From assembly GCF_006345805.1 (NCBI RefSeq), contig NW_021833425.1:1-64000 (forward strand): 64,000 nucleotides of DNA. The letters are read 5' to 3'. Every line of letters begins with the position of its first letter. Position 1 is the stretch's first letter. A model generated the notes under the pieces. That model was given only the letters and a program-made list of their open reading frames with translations. It had not been told where the DNA came from and did no database searches. The position numbers and the translations under genes are program-made. Origin of the DNA: Octopus sinensis. Lineage: Eukaryota. Of the stretch, positions 37,716-49,330 are shown in pieces.

Positions 37716-38998
37716 CGAGGGACGTTCAATAAGTAATGCCTCTGACCCACTTGCAGTTGTTTGATCTAGCTGAAATTTTGCATGTGCAATCATTTATATC
37801 TCTATAGAGTAAGTGGCAAATTACAGCTCTGAATTAATTGTGGTTTCTGATTTACAGGTGTTTGAACCGAGTCAAGTGTGAAATGGAGCCTGTTGAGTGT
37901 CGTCGGTTTTTGTATTTGAAAGGACGTACACCACAGGAGACTTTTGATGAAATGAAAGTAACTTATGGTGATGATGCCTCATCATATGACCTTGTAAAAC
38001 GCTGGCATCGTGAATTCAAACATGGTCGGAACTCTGTGGAAACAGCTCCCAGATCTGGTCGCCCCCCTTCTGCCATTGATGAGGCATCTGTCCGTCAAGT
38101 TGAGGCTGCCATTTTGGAAGATCGACGCATAATTATTCGCCAAATAGCCCATGAGGTCAAAATTAGTACCGGGTCTGTGGAAACTATCATTCATGACCAT
38201 TTGCATATGCAAAAGGTGTCTGCCAGATGGATTCCCAGGTTGCTCACGCCTTTCCAGAAGCAAGAACGCGTCGATTGCTCGAGGGTGAATTTGGAGATGT
38301 GCCAAGAAGATGAGTCAAAAGTTTTCAAAAGACTGATTACACAGGATGAAACCTGGGTCCATCACTATGATCCAGAGACCAAAGCCCAGTCAATGCAGTG
38401 GAAGCACCGTGACTCACCCCCTCCAAAGAAGGCAAGGGTGCAGCCCTCCGCTGGCAAGGTTATGCTCACAGTCTTCTGGGACCAGGACGGAGTAGTGATG
38501 ACAGATTCCCTGGCAAAGGGTACCACAATTGCAGGAGCCTATTATGCTTCACTTTTGAGGAAATTAAGAGAAGTTATCAAAATCAAGAGGCGGGGCAAGA
38601 TCAGCAAAGGCATCCTCCTCCTGTAGGACAACGCTCCGGTCCACAACTCGCTTGTCGCCAGATCAGAAGCACAGGCGTATGGCTATGAACTCCTTCCCAT
38701 CCCCCCTACTTTCCTGACCTTGCACCCTCTGATTTTCACCTCTTCCCAATCATGAAGTTGTTTTTGAAAGGAAAGCGTTTCCCAGATGATGCAGCCTTGA
38801 TTTCTGAAGTCATGTTGAGGTTGGAGGACCAAGCTGGGTTCTTCTACAAAAATGGTCTCCAGAGCTGCATCAAACGATGGGAGAAATGCGTAACTCTGGG
38901 TGGTTCCTATGTAGAAAAAGACTAATAACTGTGCCAAGTTTCGTTGCTCTACTGCTATGGGAAGTGGGTCAGGGGCATTACTTATTGAACACCCCTCA
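37716..38998 (+). mobile_element. mariner transposon, near full length (1283 bp)
   Basis: TA TSD at 37714-37715 and 38999-39000; about 37-bp TIRs CGAGGGACGTTCAATAAGTAATGCC / GGCATTACTTATTGAACACCCCTCA. Confidence 0.92.
37883..38925 (+). pseudogene. mariner DD34D transposase with a premature stop and a frameshift
   Basis: WIPRLL, TQDETW, LLL*DNAPVH (TAG 38624-38626), 1-bp loss in the C-run near 38697, YFPDLAPSDF; 34 residues between D2 and D3. Confidence 0.9.
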
Positions 38999-39380
38999 TA
39001 CACTGTTCACTTTCCAGACATTTGTACATTACTGCATATGCTTTATATGCACTTTTGACAAGTTGTGGTGCACCTGAGCACTGTATACAATAATTTCATC
39101 ATTATTATTATTATTATCCTATCACAAACACTTTGTGGCTATTGTTATAGTTGTAGTTGTTTATCCGACATCAGGTTAGTCCCAGATTTGGCTGTTATTT
39201 CTAGCAGGTCAATGGCTTGAATTCTATGTTGGTGAATCTCATGGTTAAAACATTCATTTCTCAGTGGCCCAGTCCATTTGCTCAGTATAATAAATGGTCT
39301 TGTCCATTTTGTTGTAAAAGGGTACATCAGTGTAGTATAATGGTCCAATCCATGTTCTCAGAAGAGTATGCCATAGTGTA

Positions 39381-39617
39381 GTACACTGGACCAGTTCATA
39401 TTGCTGTAAGCAGGTGTCACAGCGTGGTAGTACACTGGACCAGTTCATATTGCTGTAAGGAAGTGTCACAGCGTGGTACAATGGACCAGTTCATATTGCT
39501 GTAAGCAGGTGTCACAGCGTGGTACAATGGACCAGTTCATATTGCTGTAAGCAGGTGTCACAGCGTGGTGGTACACTAGACCAGTTCATATCGCTGTAAA
39601 CAGGCATCACAGTGTGG
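39381..39617. repeat. 46/49-bp minisatellite, 5 copies
   Basis: GACCAGTTCATA at 39389, 39438, 39484, 39530 and 39579. Confidence 0.95.
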
Positions 39618-39682
39618 AAGAGTCTACTGTGTCTAACTCCTTCTGTCTTTATAGAAGCTCATACTATATTTTATAAGAGAAA

Positions 39683-40280
39683 GGTGGCAAGCTGGCAGAA
39701 ACGTTAGCACGCATGGCGAAATGCTTAGTGGTATTTCGTCTGCTGCTACGTTCTGAGTTCAAATTCCGCTGAGGTCAACTTTGCCTTTCAGCCTTTCGGG
39801 GTCGATAAACTAAGAACCAGTTACGCACTGGGGTCGATGCAATCGACTTAATCCCTTTGTCTGTCCTTGTTTGTCCCCTCTGTGTTTAGCCCCTTGTAGG
39901 TAGTAAAGAAATAGGTATTTCGTCTACCGCTACATTCTGAGTTCAAATTCCACGAAGGTCGACTTTGCCTTTCATCCTTTCAGGGTCGATTAAATAAGTA
40001 CCAGTTATGTACTGGGGTCGATGTGATCGACTTAATCCGTTTGTCTATCCTTGTTTGTCCTCTCTGTGTTTAGCCCCTTGTGGGTAGTAAAGAAATAGGT
40101 ATTTCGTCTACCGCTACATTCTGAGTTCAAATTCCACGTAGGTCGACTTTGCCTTTCATCCTTTCAGGGTCGATTAAATAAGTACCAGTTATGTACTGGG
40201 GTCGATGTGATCGACTTAATCCGTTTGTCTGTCCTTGTTTGTCCCCTCTGTGTTTAGCCCCTTGTGGGCAGTATAGAAAT
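39683..40280 (+). mobile_element. SINE family D with its 3' 184 bp tandemly triplicated
   Basis: GGTATTTCGTCT at 39730, 39914 and 40098. Confidence 0.85.
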
Positions 40281-40329
40281 ATATATTTTATAAGAGCTAC
40301 AGAGACTTGTGGCATAACATCTAATCTTT

Positions 40330-41075
40330 GATGTCTCTCTGTCTCCCCTTCCCTCACCTCTCTCTCCCTCCTCCCTCACCTCTCTCTCTCCCCCTCCCTC
40401 ACCTCTCTCTCCCTCCTCCCTCACCTCTCTCTCTCCCCCTCTCTCTTAGTTCCCGCTTATTTTCAATTCTTATTGATTCTGTTTGTGTTGTTGTTTGGTT
40501 CCAAAGAATGATTTGCTTCCTGCTGCTTTGTCCAGTATAGTCCGGCTGGGCTGTCTTTGGCTTGCTCAGTGGCCACATGGAGGGACTTACATTTTCCTTC
40601 TCTGTCTGTCTCTCTCTCTCTCTTTTTCTTTTTCCTCTCTCATCCTCTCTCTTTCTTTCTCTTTCTTTATCTTTCTTTCCTTCTCTCTCTCTCATTCTCT
40701 CTTTCTCTTTCTTCATATTTCTTTTCTTCTCTCTCTCTTTCTTTCTATCTCTCTCTTTATCTTTCTTTCCTTCTCTCTCTCGCTCTCTCTCTCTCTTTCC
40801 ATCTCTTTCTTTACTTCCCTCTCTCTCTTTCCATCTCTTTATCTTTCTTTCCTTCTCTCTCCCATTCTCTCTATCTTTTTCTTCATCTTTCTTTCCTTCT
40901 CTCTCTCACTCTCTCTCTTTCTATCTCTTTCTTTATCTTTGCTTCTTTCTCTCAATCTCTCTCTCTCTCTCTCTTTCTAGGCCGTTTGCATCTTTGTTTC
41001 TTTCCTTATTCCTTTCTGTTTTCTTTTTTTTTCTTCCTTCCTTCTTTCCTTTCTCTCTCTCTTTTTCTCTTTTTT
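40330..41075. repeat. CT-rich polypyrimidine low-complexity tract
   Basis: Directly visible (CT/CTTT)n. Confidence 0.9.
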
Positions 41076-41246
41076 CATTGATAACTAAACAATATTATTC
41101 ATAACTATTAACATAAATAGTATCATTTATTTCAATGAAATGATCAAAACTGGAATATCCTTGATAAGAAACCAACTGGATTCAGAGATGATTTTTCATC
41201 ACACTACCATGCCATGTTGCTCTCAGCAAGATCATAAAGCAGCTGT

Positions 41247-41654
41247 AATATTCTCTAATATTCACACGTATCTGTAAAACGAAAGTGTTTCAGTTAATAA
41301 CTGACAAAAATCTATTCAAAGGGAAATAACTTTTGTATCGCTCACTAGGAAGAGTTACTTCCCTTACACCGTACAATCCAATTGTTGCCGTATTTCTATT
41401 GAAATTTACTGCTTTTCTTTCGAATAAGTATTTAAATAATGTAGAATTTATTAAAATAACACTTTTATTATAAAGCTGGTATTTGGAAGAGAAATAAACT
41501 ATAAACTTTGATAGAGGGTTTTTATTCAGATAATTTTTAAAACAAGAAGTTTGTGTTTTAGAAACAGGAGCGATGTTACGGGTGGTAAATATGAAAAGAG
41601 TTTTCGTTTATCTAATAATTATGTTGGTGGTGACAGTTCTTCTATGATTTGTCA
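41247..41654 (+). repeat. About 410-bp direct repeat, second copy at 44329-44744
   Basis: AATATTCTCTAATATTCACACG...GATTTGTCA in both copies, with scattered substitutions. Confidence 0.9.
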
Positions 41655-41854
41655 TAGTGCAGCATCTTATATGGACCACTAAAGGTCATATGGTATAACA
41701 TTTAGTGGTCCATATAAGATTTTGCTGCAAAATCTTATGATCCATAAATTGGTTAAACTTCAACAATACACAGAATACAGTTCTATATTTAAGAGACGAG
41801 GAATTATTTACATTATTTACATTTGACAGATATTTGGCCTCATCTTGTTTGTTG

Positions 41855-41899
41855 TTAACACGTTTCGGCTGATATACCCTCCAGCCTTCATCAGGTGTC
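41855..41899 (-). ncRNA. Minimal type I hammerhead (family 1), cleavage-site region shortened by 3 nt
   Basis: GACAC-CTGATGA-A-GGCTG-GAGGGTATAT-CAGCC-GAAA-CGTGTT; perfect 5-bp stem II. Confidence 0.65.
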
Positions 41900-41968
41900 T
41901 TGGGGAAATTTCGAACCTGGGTTCTCATTCTTAAGGTATTTTTCTATGTTATTATTATTATTATTATT

Positions 41969-42521
41969 GAGTGAGAGAGCAGTTCATGCCATCAAAGTGA
42001 CACTGGGGTAAAATATACAAAGCCCAATATACCCATCATGACTACCCGTCTGATAAGGGTACATCAGGCACATGCATCACAACCATATGTGCGCGACATA
42101 GTGATCTCATATCAAGATATATATCGTATGACCTTGCAGGTGGGGCCCAGTTAGAATTTTCTTCTGGTCGAGTAACCCATCCTGCTCAAAAGGTCCCTGA
42201 ATAGGATTGTTTAAGGATGTTGAATGAAACACCCATGTTTCCAGAGGTGAATTATCCAAACTCCAAAGAATCCCTCTCAACACATGGCTATGATGCAACC
42301 CCACTACTTCTGCTCTTGGTCAGAGATGCACATATCGTCAGCCACTAAGGGACATGCTCAACTGGTTAAGGTCAAACAATTAACAAGCAAATCTGTGGTA
42401 TTGAGCAGAATATTTGCTGTAGCCCATCTTTTATACCAAGAGAAGACAATGTACATGATAACACTTCCAATCAGTTAAGATCAGAGGCCATGAGAGCCAC
42501 TGCCTGGTAATGCATCAGGGC

Positions 42522-42525
<4 letters not shown>
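41969..42525 (-). mobile_element. About 560-bp element bounded by (TTA)n on both sides; a partial copy lies at 45240-45410
   Basis: GCTGTAGCCCATCTTTTATACCAAGA at 42417-42442 and its reverse complement near 45245-45270, both adjoining the (TTA)n-tRNA head. Confidence 0.55.
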
Positions 42526-42583
<58 letters not shown>

Positions 42584-42651
42584 TCACTGCCTGGAATTGA
42601 ACTCAGAAATTTGCAGTTAGTAGCCCACACTCTTAACTACTACACCACACC

Positions 42652-42724
42652 CATATGGCGTAGTGGTTAAGAGCATGGGCTACTAACCCCAAGATTCCGA
42701 GTTCGATTCCATGCAGTGACTTGA
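42652..42724 (+). promoter_or_regulatory. tRNA-derived Pol III internal promoter (SINE-like head)
   Basis: A box TGGCGTAGTGG 42656-42666; B box GAGTTCGATTCC 42699-42710; no acceptor stem pairing; another copy at 45139-45214. Confidence 0.65.
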
Positions 42725-42795
42725 ATAATAATAATAATAATAATAGCATCGAAAAATACCTTAGGAATGAGAACCCAAGTTCGAAATTTCCCCAT

Positions 42796-42842
42796 GACAC
42801 CTGATGAAGAATGGAGGCTATATCAGCCGAAACGTTGTATTA
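42796..42842 (+). ncRNA. Minimal type I hammerhead (family 1), stem II partly mutated
   Basis: GACAC-CTGATGA(42801-42807)-A-GAATG...CAGCC-GAAA(42829-42832)-CG-TT-GTATT; palindrome AACGTT; GUU triplet. Confidence 0.6.
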
Positions 42843-43174
42843 ACAACAAACAAGATGAGGACAAATATCCGTCAAATGTAAATAATGTAAATAAATACAC
42901 AGAATATTTTAACAATATTTTTATACATTTCCTAATAATATTTACAAATAAAAGCATTACAAGACGTTTTAAGCATCGAAGGGCTTCGAAGGTCCATCTG
43001 AGTAAAATAGGTTCCGTAAGGTAAAAATGATCGAGAACTGCTGTCGTAAAGCATAGTCTGAACTGAAAGAACAGTAAAAGGCTAGACGGCAAGACACTTT
43101 CCTGTTCCGCGATGGAAGGTGCCTCTTCTGCAATACCGCATGCTACAACACTTTCTCCAGCAGCAACATGGAGT

Positions 43175-43640
43175 GGAGGCGCATTGGCCTAGTGGTTAGG
43201 GCAGCGGACTTGCGGTCGGAGGATCGCGGTTTCGATTCCCAAACCGTGTGTTGTGTGTGTTTATTGAGCGAAAACACCTAAAGCTCCGCGAGGCTCCGGC
43301 AGGGGGTGGTGGAGACCCCTGTTGTACTCTTTCGCTCCAACTTTCTCTCACTCTTTCTTCCTGTTTCTTGTCCCCGACTTCCTACACAACCACTGAGCCT
43401 GGATGCGCATTCATCCAACCGTTGAAGCTCTCGGTGTCGGGGGTTGACCTGCTTTCTCTTCTGCGGGTCTTACGAATAGTAAAGGACCACGTTTCGGACT
43501 TCTCCCATCTTGCGAGCTCTGGAACGAAGACCGTTCGCTCAACAGCAACAGCAGCAACCTGGCGTGTTCTGCTGCCAACCCAAGCTTCCGCTGCTCCTCA
43601 GGCTGAGAAGAGCAAACTGTTAAACTACATACAGGCTGCT
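43175..43640 (+). mobile_element. SINE family B with a long variant 3' region
   Basis: GGAGGCGCATTGGCCTAGTGG...GGTTTCGATTCCC head and family B body. Confidence 0.65.
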
Positions 43641-43860
43641 CCCTGACAGATTTGTGGTTGAACCTGTAGCAGTGGAGACCTCCAGCTTTCTCTTTCCATC
43701 TCCCGGTCTATATCCCTTTTTATTGCAATAAGAGCGGAGATGACTATCTGTAAGTGTGAGCCCTGCAAATAGATGCACCTGTTTCAACGCATTTCCCACG
43801 TCATCCTCCAGGACAACGCCTTTTCCATTTTGTTCGCCGGGACCATGAGTCACCACACAC

Positions 43861-44268
43861 GGATCTTTTCGGTTTGAACGGCAGTTTTTTCTAGCGGTGT
43901 CATATGAAATTGTCACCCATAATTATGATCCTAGTATCGATCTATTGCATTTCAATCTGTTTTAGGTTAGAGGTGGGGGGAAGGGCATCTTTTTTTCTTC
44001 ACAAATGTAAATAAACCCAATCTGTTTCTTAAACGAGGGACATATTCATACGGCACAGAATGTTTTCACCTCAATAGACGTCAGTGATTGGTTGAAATTG
44101 CAGAAATTAAAGAAAAAACAACAAATATCTTACGAACTATAGAGTTTTCTCAATAAAACCAAGAGAAAAAGATGTTTTATAAACACATTCTACCAGTATA
44201 CGAAGTTTAAAAGTGTTTAGTTACGTGGAAATTTTTTTAAAAATCTTCCGCTCAAACCGAAAAGATCC
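43861..44268. mobile_element. MITE
   Basis: 21-bp TIRs GGATCTTTTCGGTTTGAACGG / CCGCTCAAACCGAAAAGATCC; flanks CCACACAC / CCACACAG (7-8 bp TSD-like). Confidence 0.7.
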
Positions 44269-45209
44269 CCACACAGTAATAAGACTTTTAGTAATAGCTG
44301 TTGCATTTCTTAAGATTACAAACTGAAAAATATTCTCTAATATTCACACGCATCTGTAAAACGAAAATGTTTCAGTTAATAACTGACAAAAACCCATCTA
44401 AATGTAACAAGGGAGATAACTTTTGTATTACTCACTAGCAAGAGTTACTTCCCTTACACCGTACAATCCAATTGTTACTGTATTTCTATTGAAATATACT
44501 GTTTTTGTTTTGAATAAGTATTTAAATAAAGTAGAATTTATTAAAATAACACTTTTATTATGAAGCTGGTATTTGGAACAGAAATTCACTATAAACTTTG
44601 ATAGAGGGTTTTTATTCAGATAATTTTTAAAACAAGAAGTTTGTGTCTTAGAAACAGGAGCGATGTTACGGGTGGTAAATATGAAAAGAGTTTTCGTTTA
44701 TCTAATAATTATGTTGGTGGTGACAGTTCTTCTGTGATTTGTCACAACACAGCAGCATATTCTCATCTCATGCTATCTTACTACAATAATTACAGCTCAT
44801 CTAAAACAATTAACATCTACTGTTGTTGTTATTGATAATAGAGCAGCTCTGATCCACCAGATTTATGACTAAAGACATCTCAGCATGACCATCCTTACTG
44901 ATTTCGTATACCAACGGTTACTATGTGTACTTCTTGTTTTAAAATGGTAACATGTCATTTGTTGCAATTTGACTGCTGTGTCTAGCAAGTCGGGCGACCA
45001 CAGAGTCGGCTGTTGTCAGAAACGCCACCAATGAGGTCAAGGGAGATAATAACTGTATGACTTAATTTGAGTTTGATCAGGCTGTTTTCAGGCTTTTAGT
45101 TAACCCTTGTTTCATAACCACTACACCAACATGCCCATGGGCATATGGCGTAGTGGTTAAGAGCGTGGGCTACTAACCCCAGGATTCCGAGTTCGATTCC
45201 AAGCAGAGA

Positions 45210-45240
<31 letters not shown>

Positions 45241-45544
45241 TGTCTTGGTATAAAAGATGGGCTACAGCAAATATTATGCTCAATACCACAGATTTGCTTG
45301 TCAGTTGTTTGACCTTAACCAGTTGAGCATGTCCCTTAGTGGCTGATGATATGTGCATCTCTGATCAGAAGTATTGGGGGAGCATCATAGCCATGTGTTG
45401 AGAGGGATTCTTTGACAGATTCAAACGTGCTAGCTCTAAATCCAAAAGATAATCTGTAGAGACACACTTCAAAGTGATACTGCTTCCTCTGTCTGTCTCT
45501 AAACTCATTCAGCCACCGAGAACACTTTAACTATGTCTCTTCCT

Positions 45545-46875
45545 ACTCTTTTTTTTTTACTCGTTTCAGTCATTTGACTGTGGCCATGCTGGAGCACCGC
45601 CTTTAATCGAGCAACTCGACCCCGGGACTTATTCTTTTGTAAGCCCAGTACTTATTCTATCGGTCTCTTTTGCTGAACCGCTAAGTAATGGGGACATAAA
45701 CACACCAGCATCGGTTGTCAAGCAATGCTAGGGGACAAACACAGACACACAAACACACACACGCATATATATATATACATATATATGACGGGCTTCTTTC
45801 AGTTTCCGTCTACCAAATCCACTCACAAGGCTTTGGTCAGCCCGAGGCTATAGTAGAAGACACTTGCCCAAGGTGCCACGCAGTGGGACTGAACCCGGAA
45901 CCATGTGGTTGGTAGACAAGCTACTTACCACACAGCCACTTCTGCGCCTATTTTTATTGCTTTGCTTCCCTTCAGTAGTCATTCATGTCAATGATATTAA
46001 CACTTACAATTGTGGTGGGGTTCTTACACTCATTCCAGGCTGATGCCAAATCTTTTGCAACACTCGTCCTTCTCCATCAATTAGTTCTACACTCTTTTAC
46101 ACATTACGTGGAGGCACGTGGCATAGTGGTAAGGGTGCTGGACTTATTATTAAGTCTTTTACTCTCTTGCTAGTTTTAGTCATTTGACTGTGGCCATGCT
46201 GGAGCACCGCTTTTAGTCGAACGAATCAACCCTAGGACTTATTCTTTGTAAGCCTGGTAATTATTCTATCGGTCTCTTTTGCTGAACTGTTAAGTTACGG
46301 GGATGTAAACACACCAACATCAGATCTGAAGTGATGGTGGTGGGGACAAACACAGAAACACAAACATATATATATATATGTGTGTGTGTGTGGAGGCGCA
46401 ATGGCCCATTGGTTAGGGCAGCAGACTTGCGGTCCTAGGATTGCGGTTTCGATTCCCAGACCGGGCATTGTGACTGCTTATTAAGCGAAAACACCTAAAG
46501 TTCCACGAGGCTCTGGCAGGGGGTGATGGCGATCCCTGCTGTACTCTTTCACCACAACTTTCTCTCACTCTTTCTTCTGTTGGCCTGCTCGCTTAGCCAG
46601 CGGGGTGGCGCCATTTGGAGGCTAAAACAATGCGAAGTGCATTGTGACCAGCGATGTGTAGCAACATCTGATAGCCTGGTCAGTCACGTGATCACATGAT
46701 ATATATATATATGACAGGCTTCTTTCAGTTTCCATCAACCAAATCCACTCATAAGGCTTTGGTTGGCCTGAGACTATAGTAGAAGATACTTGCCCAAGGT
46801 GCCATGCACTGGGACTGAACTTGAAACCATGTATTTAGGAAGCAAACTTCTTACCACAAAGCCACGCCTGCACCT
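45545..46875. mobile_element. Family A SINE (45545-45950 -) and a second family A SINE (46170-46875 -) split by a family B SINE (46390-46700 +)
   Basis: The halves rejoin across the central (TA/TG)n tract. Confidence 0.75.
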
Positions 46876-47389
46876 AAAGATTATGGTTATGATTCATAGA
46901 CTGGCCAGTATGTTGTACTCTTGAGCAAAACACTTCATTCCATATTGCTCCAGTCCACTCAGCTGGTAAAAATGAGTAATCCTGTGATAGACTGGCATCC
47001 TGTCCAGGTGGTGAATCGATCAACATGAATGGCAATTGTAGCTGTGATACCAGTGCCGGTGGTACATAAGAGAACCATCCGAACGTGGCTGTTGCCAGCG
47101 CCGCCCCGACTGGCTTCCATGCCGGTGGCACGTAAAAAGCACCATCCAATCGTGGCCGTTTGCCAGTCTCGTCTGGCACGTAAAAAGCACCCACTACACT
47201 CATGGAGTGGTTGGCGTTAGGAAGGGCATCCAGCCGTAGAAACATTGCCAGACCAGACTGGGCCTGGTGCAGCCTTCTGGCTTCCCAAACTCCAGTTGCA
47301 CCGTCCAACCCATGCCAGCATGGAAAACGGACGCTAAACGATGATGATGATGATGATGATTGTCTTACCTCCCCCACCTCTCAACACCA

Positions 47390-49330
47390 TCACACCACAC
47401 CACACACCATGCACACATCAAGATCACCAGCCCTCTTCCACATGCACATACAAACTCTCTTATACACACTCACGCACACCTTCGTTTAGGGATCACCACT
47501 ACTTGTTCAAGCATCCTTCCTCTTTCGTCCTGTTCCAGATGCAAAATTATCACTTACTGTTGATGTGTCACAATCTACTATAGGGGTAGTTTTAGAGCAA
47601 TCCATCAACAGCCAAAGCCAGCCATTAACTTTTTTCTCATGCCAGTAAGAAAATGCCGAAATGAGATATAGTGTATTTGGTAAAGAACTCTTTGCAATTT
47701 ACCTGGTGGTGAAGCATTTCTCTTATCTTCTTGAAGGTAGAGATTTCACGATTTTCACCAACCACAAACTACTGACATTTGCTCTCTTGGCAAAAACAGA
47801 TCAGTACTCAGCCAGAGAAACGAGACAATTGGATTATATATCACAGTTCACTAGTGACATTCGCCACATTGCTGGCACTAACAACATCCCTGCTGATGCC
47901 TTATCTCACCTGCCTATCAGTGCATTGTTGTCCCCTGCTTCAAATGACTTGGTTGCTATGGCTACTGATCAACTCTTCTTGGACTCTCTTCACCACAGTT
48001 TTCCTGCTGCAAGTTTGAACACCTGCCCCTGCCTTTTTCTGAAGGAACCATTCTCTGCACTGTTTCTACCACATCATGACCCCTTGATCCTGTATGCCAC
48101 CATCATGCTGTTTTTGAAACACTGCATTCACTATCGCACCCCTGCATTGCAGCCACAGTAAAACTTATCTCGGCCCACTTTTTCTGGTTGAATATGCAAC
48201 GGTCTATTACTGCTTGGTCATGTGCCTGCCCACCATGTCAGTGTTCCAAAGTGCATCATCATGTGAGAGCACCTCTTGGACATTGCCAGCTGCTGGACAC
48301 CAGGTTCCATTACCTACACATTGACCTTGTTGGTCCTTGGCTGGTCAGTTGTGGATTTACTTATATACTGACCTGCATCGACCGTTTCTCCAGATGGCCT
48401 GAAGCTATGTTGTTGTTGTTTGTTCCTTCTCGAGCCATGCCTGGCTCATAAGGGCCGGTTTGCCGGTTTCTTGGCATATAAGTTCCCTACCTGGATGGGA
48501 TGCCGGTCCATCGCAATTGAGCTACAAGATGCAGGAGGAAAGAATGAGAGAAAGTTGTGGTGAAAGAGTCAGCAGAAGTTTCGCCATTACCTTCTGCCAG
48601 AGCCGCGTGGAGCTTAGGTGTTTCGCTCATAAACACACACATCGCCCGGTCTGAGATTCAAACCCACGATCCCTCGGCCGTGAGTCCGCTGCTCTAACCA
48701 CTTGGCCATATGCCTCCACAGCCTGAAGCCATCCCTCTCGTGGACATTTCCACGGAAACTGTCGCTAGAGTTCTCATTTCTGGGTTGATATCTTGCTTTG
48801 GAGTACCCTCAAGAATTACTACTGATTGTGGATGTCAATTTGAAGCTTGTCTGTTCCATGAGCTTTCAAGATTGCTCAGAGTTCAGCCCATCCTCACCAT
48901 AAGTTACCATCCTACCATGAATGGAATGGTTGAAAGATTCCAACAACAGCTCAAAGCCACTATTCACGTGGCTCCTGACCCTCATTGTTGGTCCGAGTTT
49001 CTCCCCATTGTTCTGCTAGGATGCCACTCAGCTGTCAAGGAGGACTTAGGCTACTCCTCCACTGAGCTCCTGTATGGCACCACCCTAGTACTTCCTGGAC
49101 AAATGCTGGTGCCCATCGACTTACAGAATGCAGACCCCACATCTTACATCACATGACACGGGTCATTCTTTGCTGGCCTACCACCGATTCTTCTTCATGA
49201 CCAGCCTATTTCTTCTGCAGTACCTCTGGATATTTCTAGTTGGACCTACGTGTTTGTAAGAAATGTTGCTGTCAAGGAACTGCTCACACCTCCCTATAAC
49301 TGGACCCTATCGTGTTATTAAAAGACACCG
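47390..49330 (+). pseudogene. Decayed Ty3/Gypsy pol (RNase H and integrase)
   Basis: YSVFGKELFAIYLVVKHF...FTNHK...IAGTNNIPADALS; HIDLVGP...CIDRFSRWPEA|IPL...FGVPSRITTDCGCQFE...NGMVERF; no LTRs seen. Confidence 0.85.
48406..48720 (-). mobile_element. SINE family B variant inserted in the Gypsy integrase
   Basis: 9-bp TSD GCCTGAAGC at 48397-48405 and 48721-48729. Confidence 0.85.

Larger units (their letters stand above)
37325..39119 (+). mobile_element. CR1-type LINE 3' fragment split by a mariner
   Basis: 37500-37650 encodes RVAEAWNKLPASVVSC (same as 51037-51200 -); the 3' UTR resumes at 39001 and ends GTGCACCTGAGCAC...(ATT)n. Confidence 0.8.
41775..42895. mobile_element. Head-to-head palindromic dimer of a tRNA-head/(AAT)n/hammerhead unit (HHR family 1), left arm interrupted by a 560-bp element
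   Basis: Left body 41775-41948 is the reverse complement of 42745-42895; tRNA-like heads at 42578-42650 (-) and 42652-42724 (+). Confidence 0.75.

Noticed and set aside
39381-39617. CRISPR-like array
   Set aside because: Units are contiguous with no unique spacers, and the context is eukaryotic
43486-43605. Minus-strand CTGAGGA ... GAAACGTG as a hammerhead
   Set aside because: The bases after the core (GCAG) do not pair with those before GAAA (GTCC); no stem I
42578-45214. tRNA-Ser(ACT)-like genes at 42652 and 45139 (also the SINE heads elsewhere)
   Set aside because: No acceptor stem pairing and an imperfect T stem; they are repeat-associated SINE-type heads
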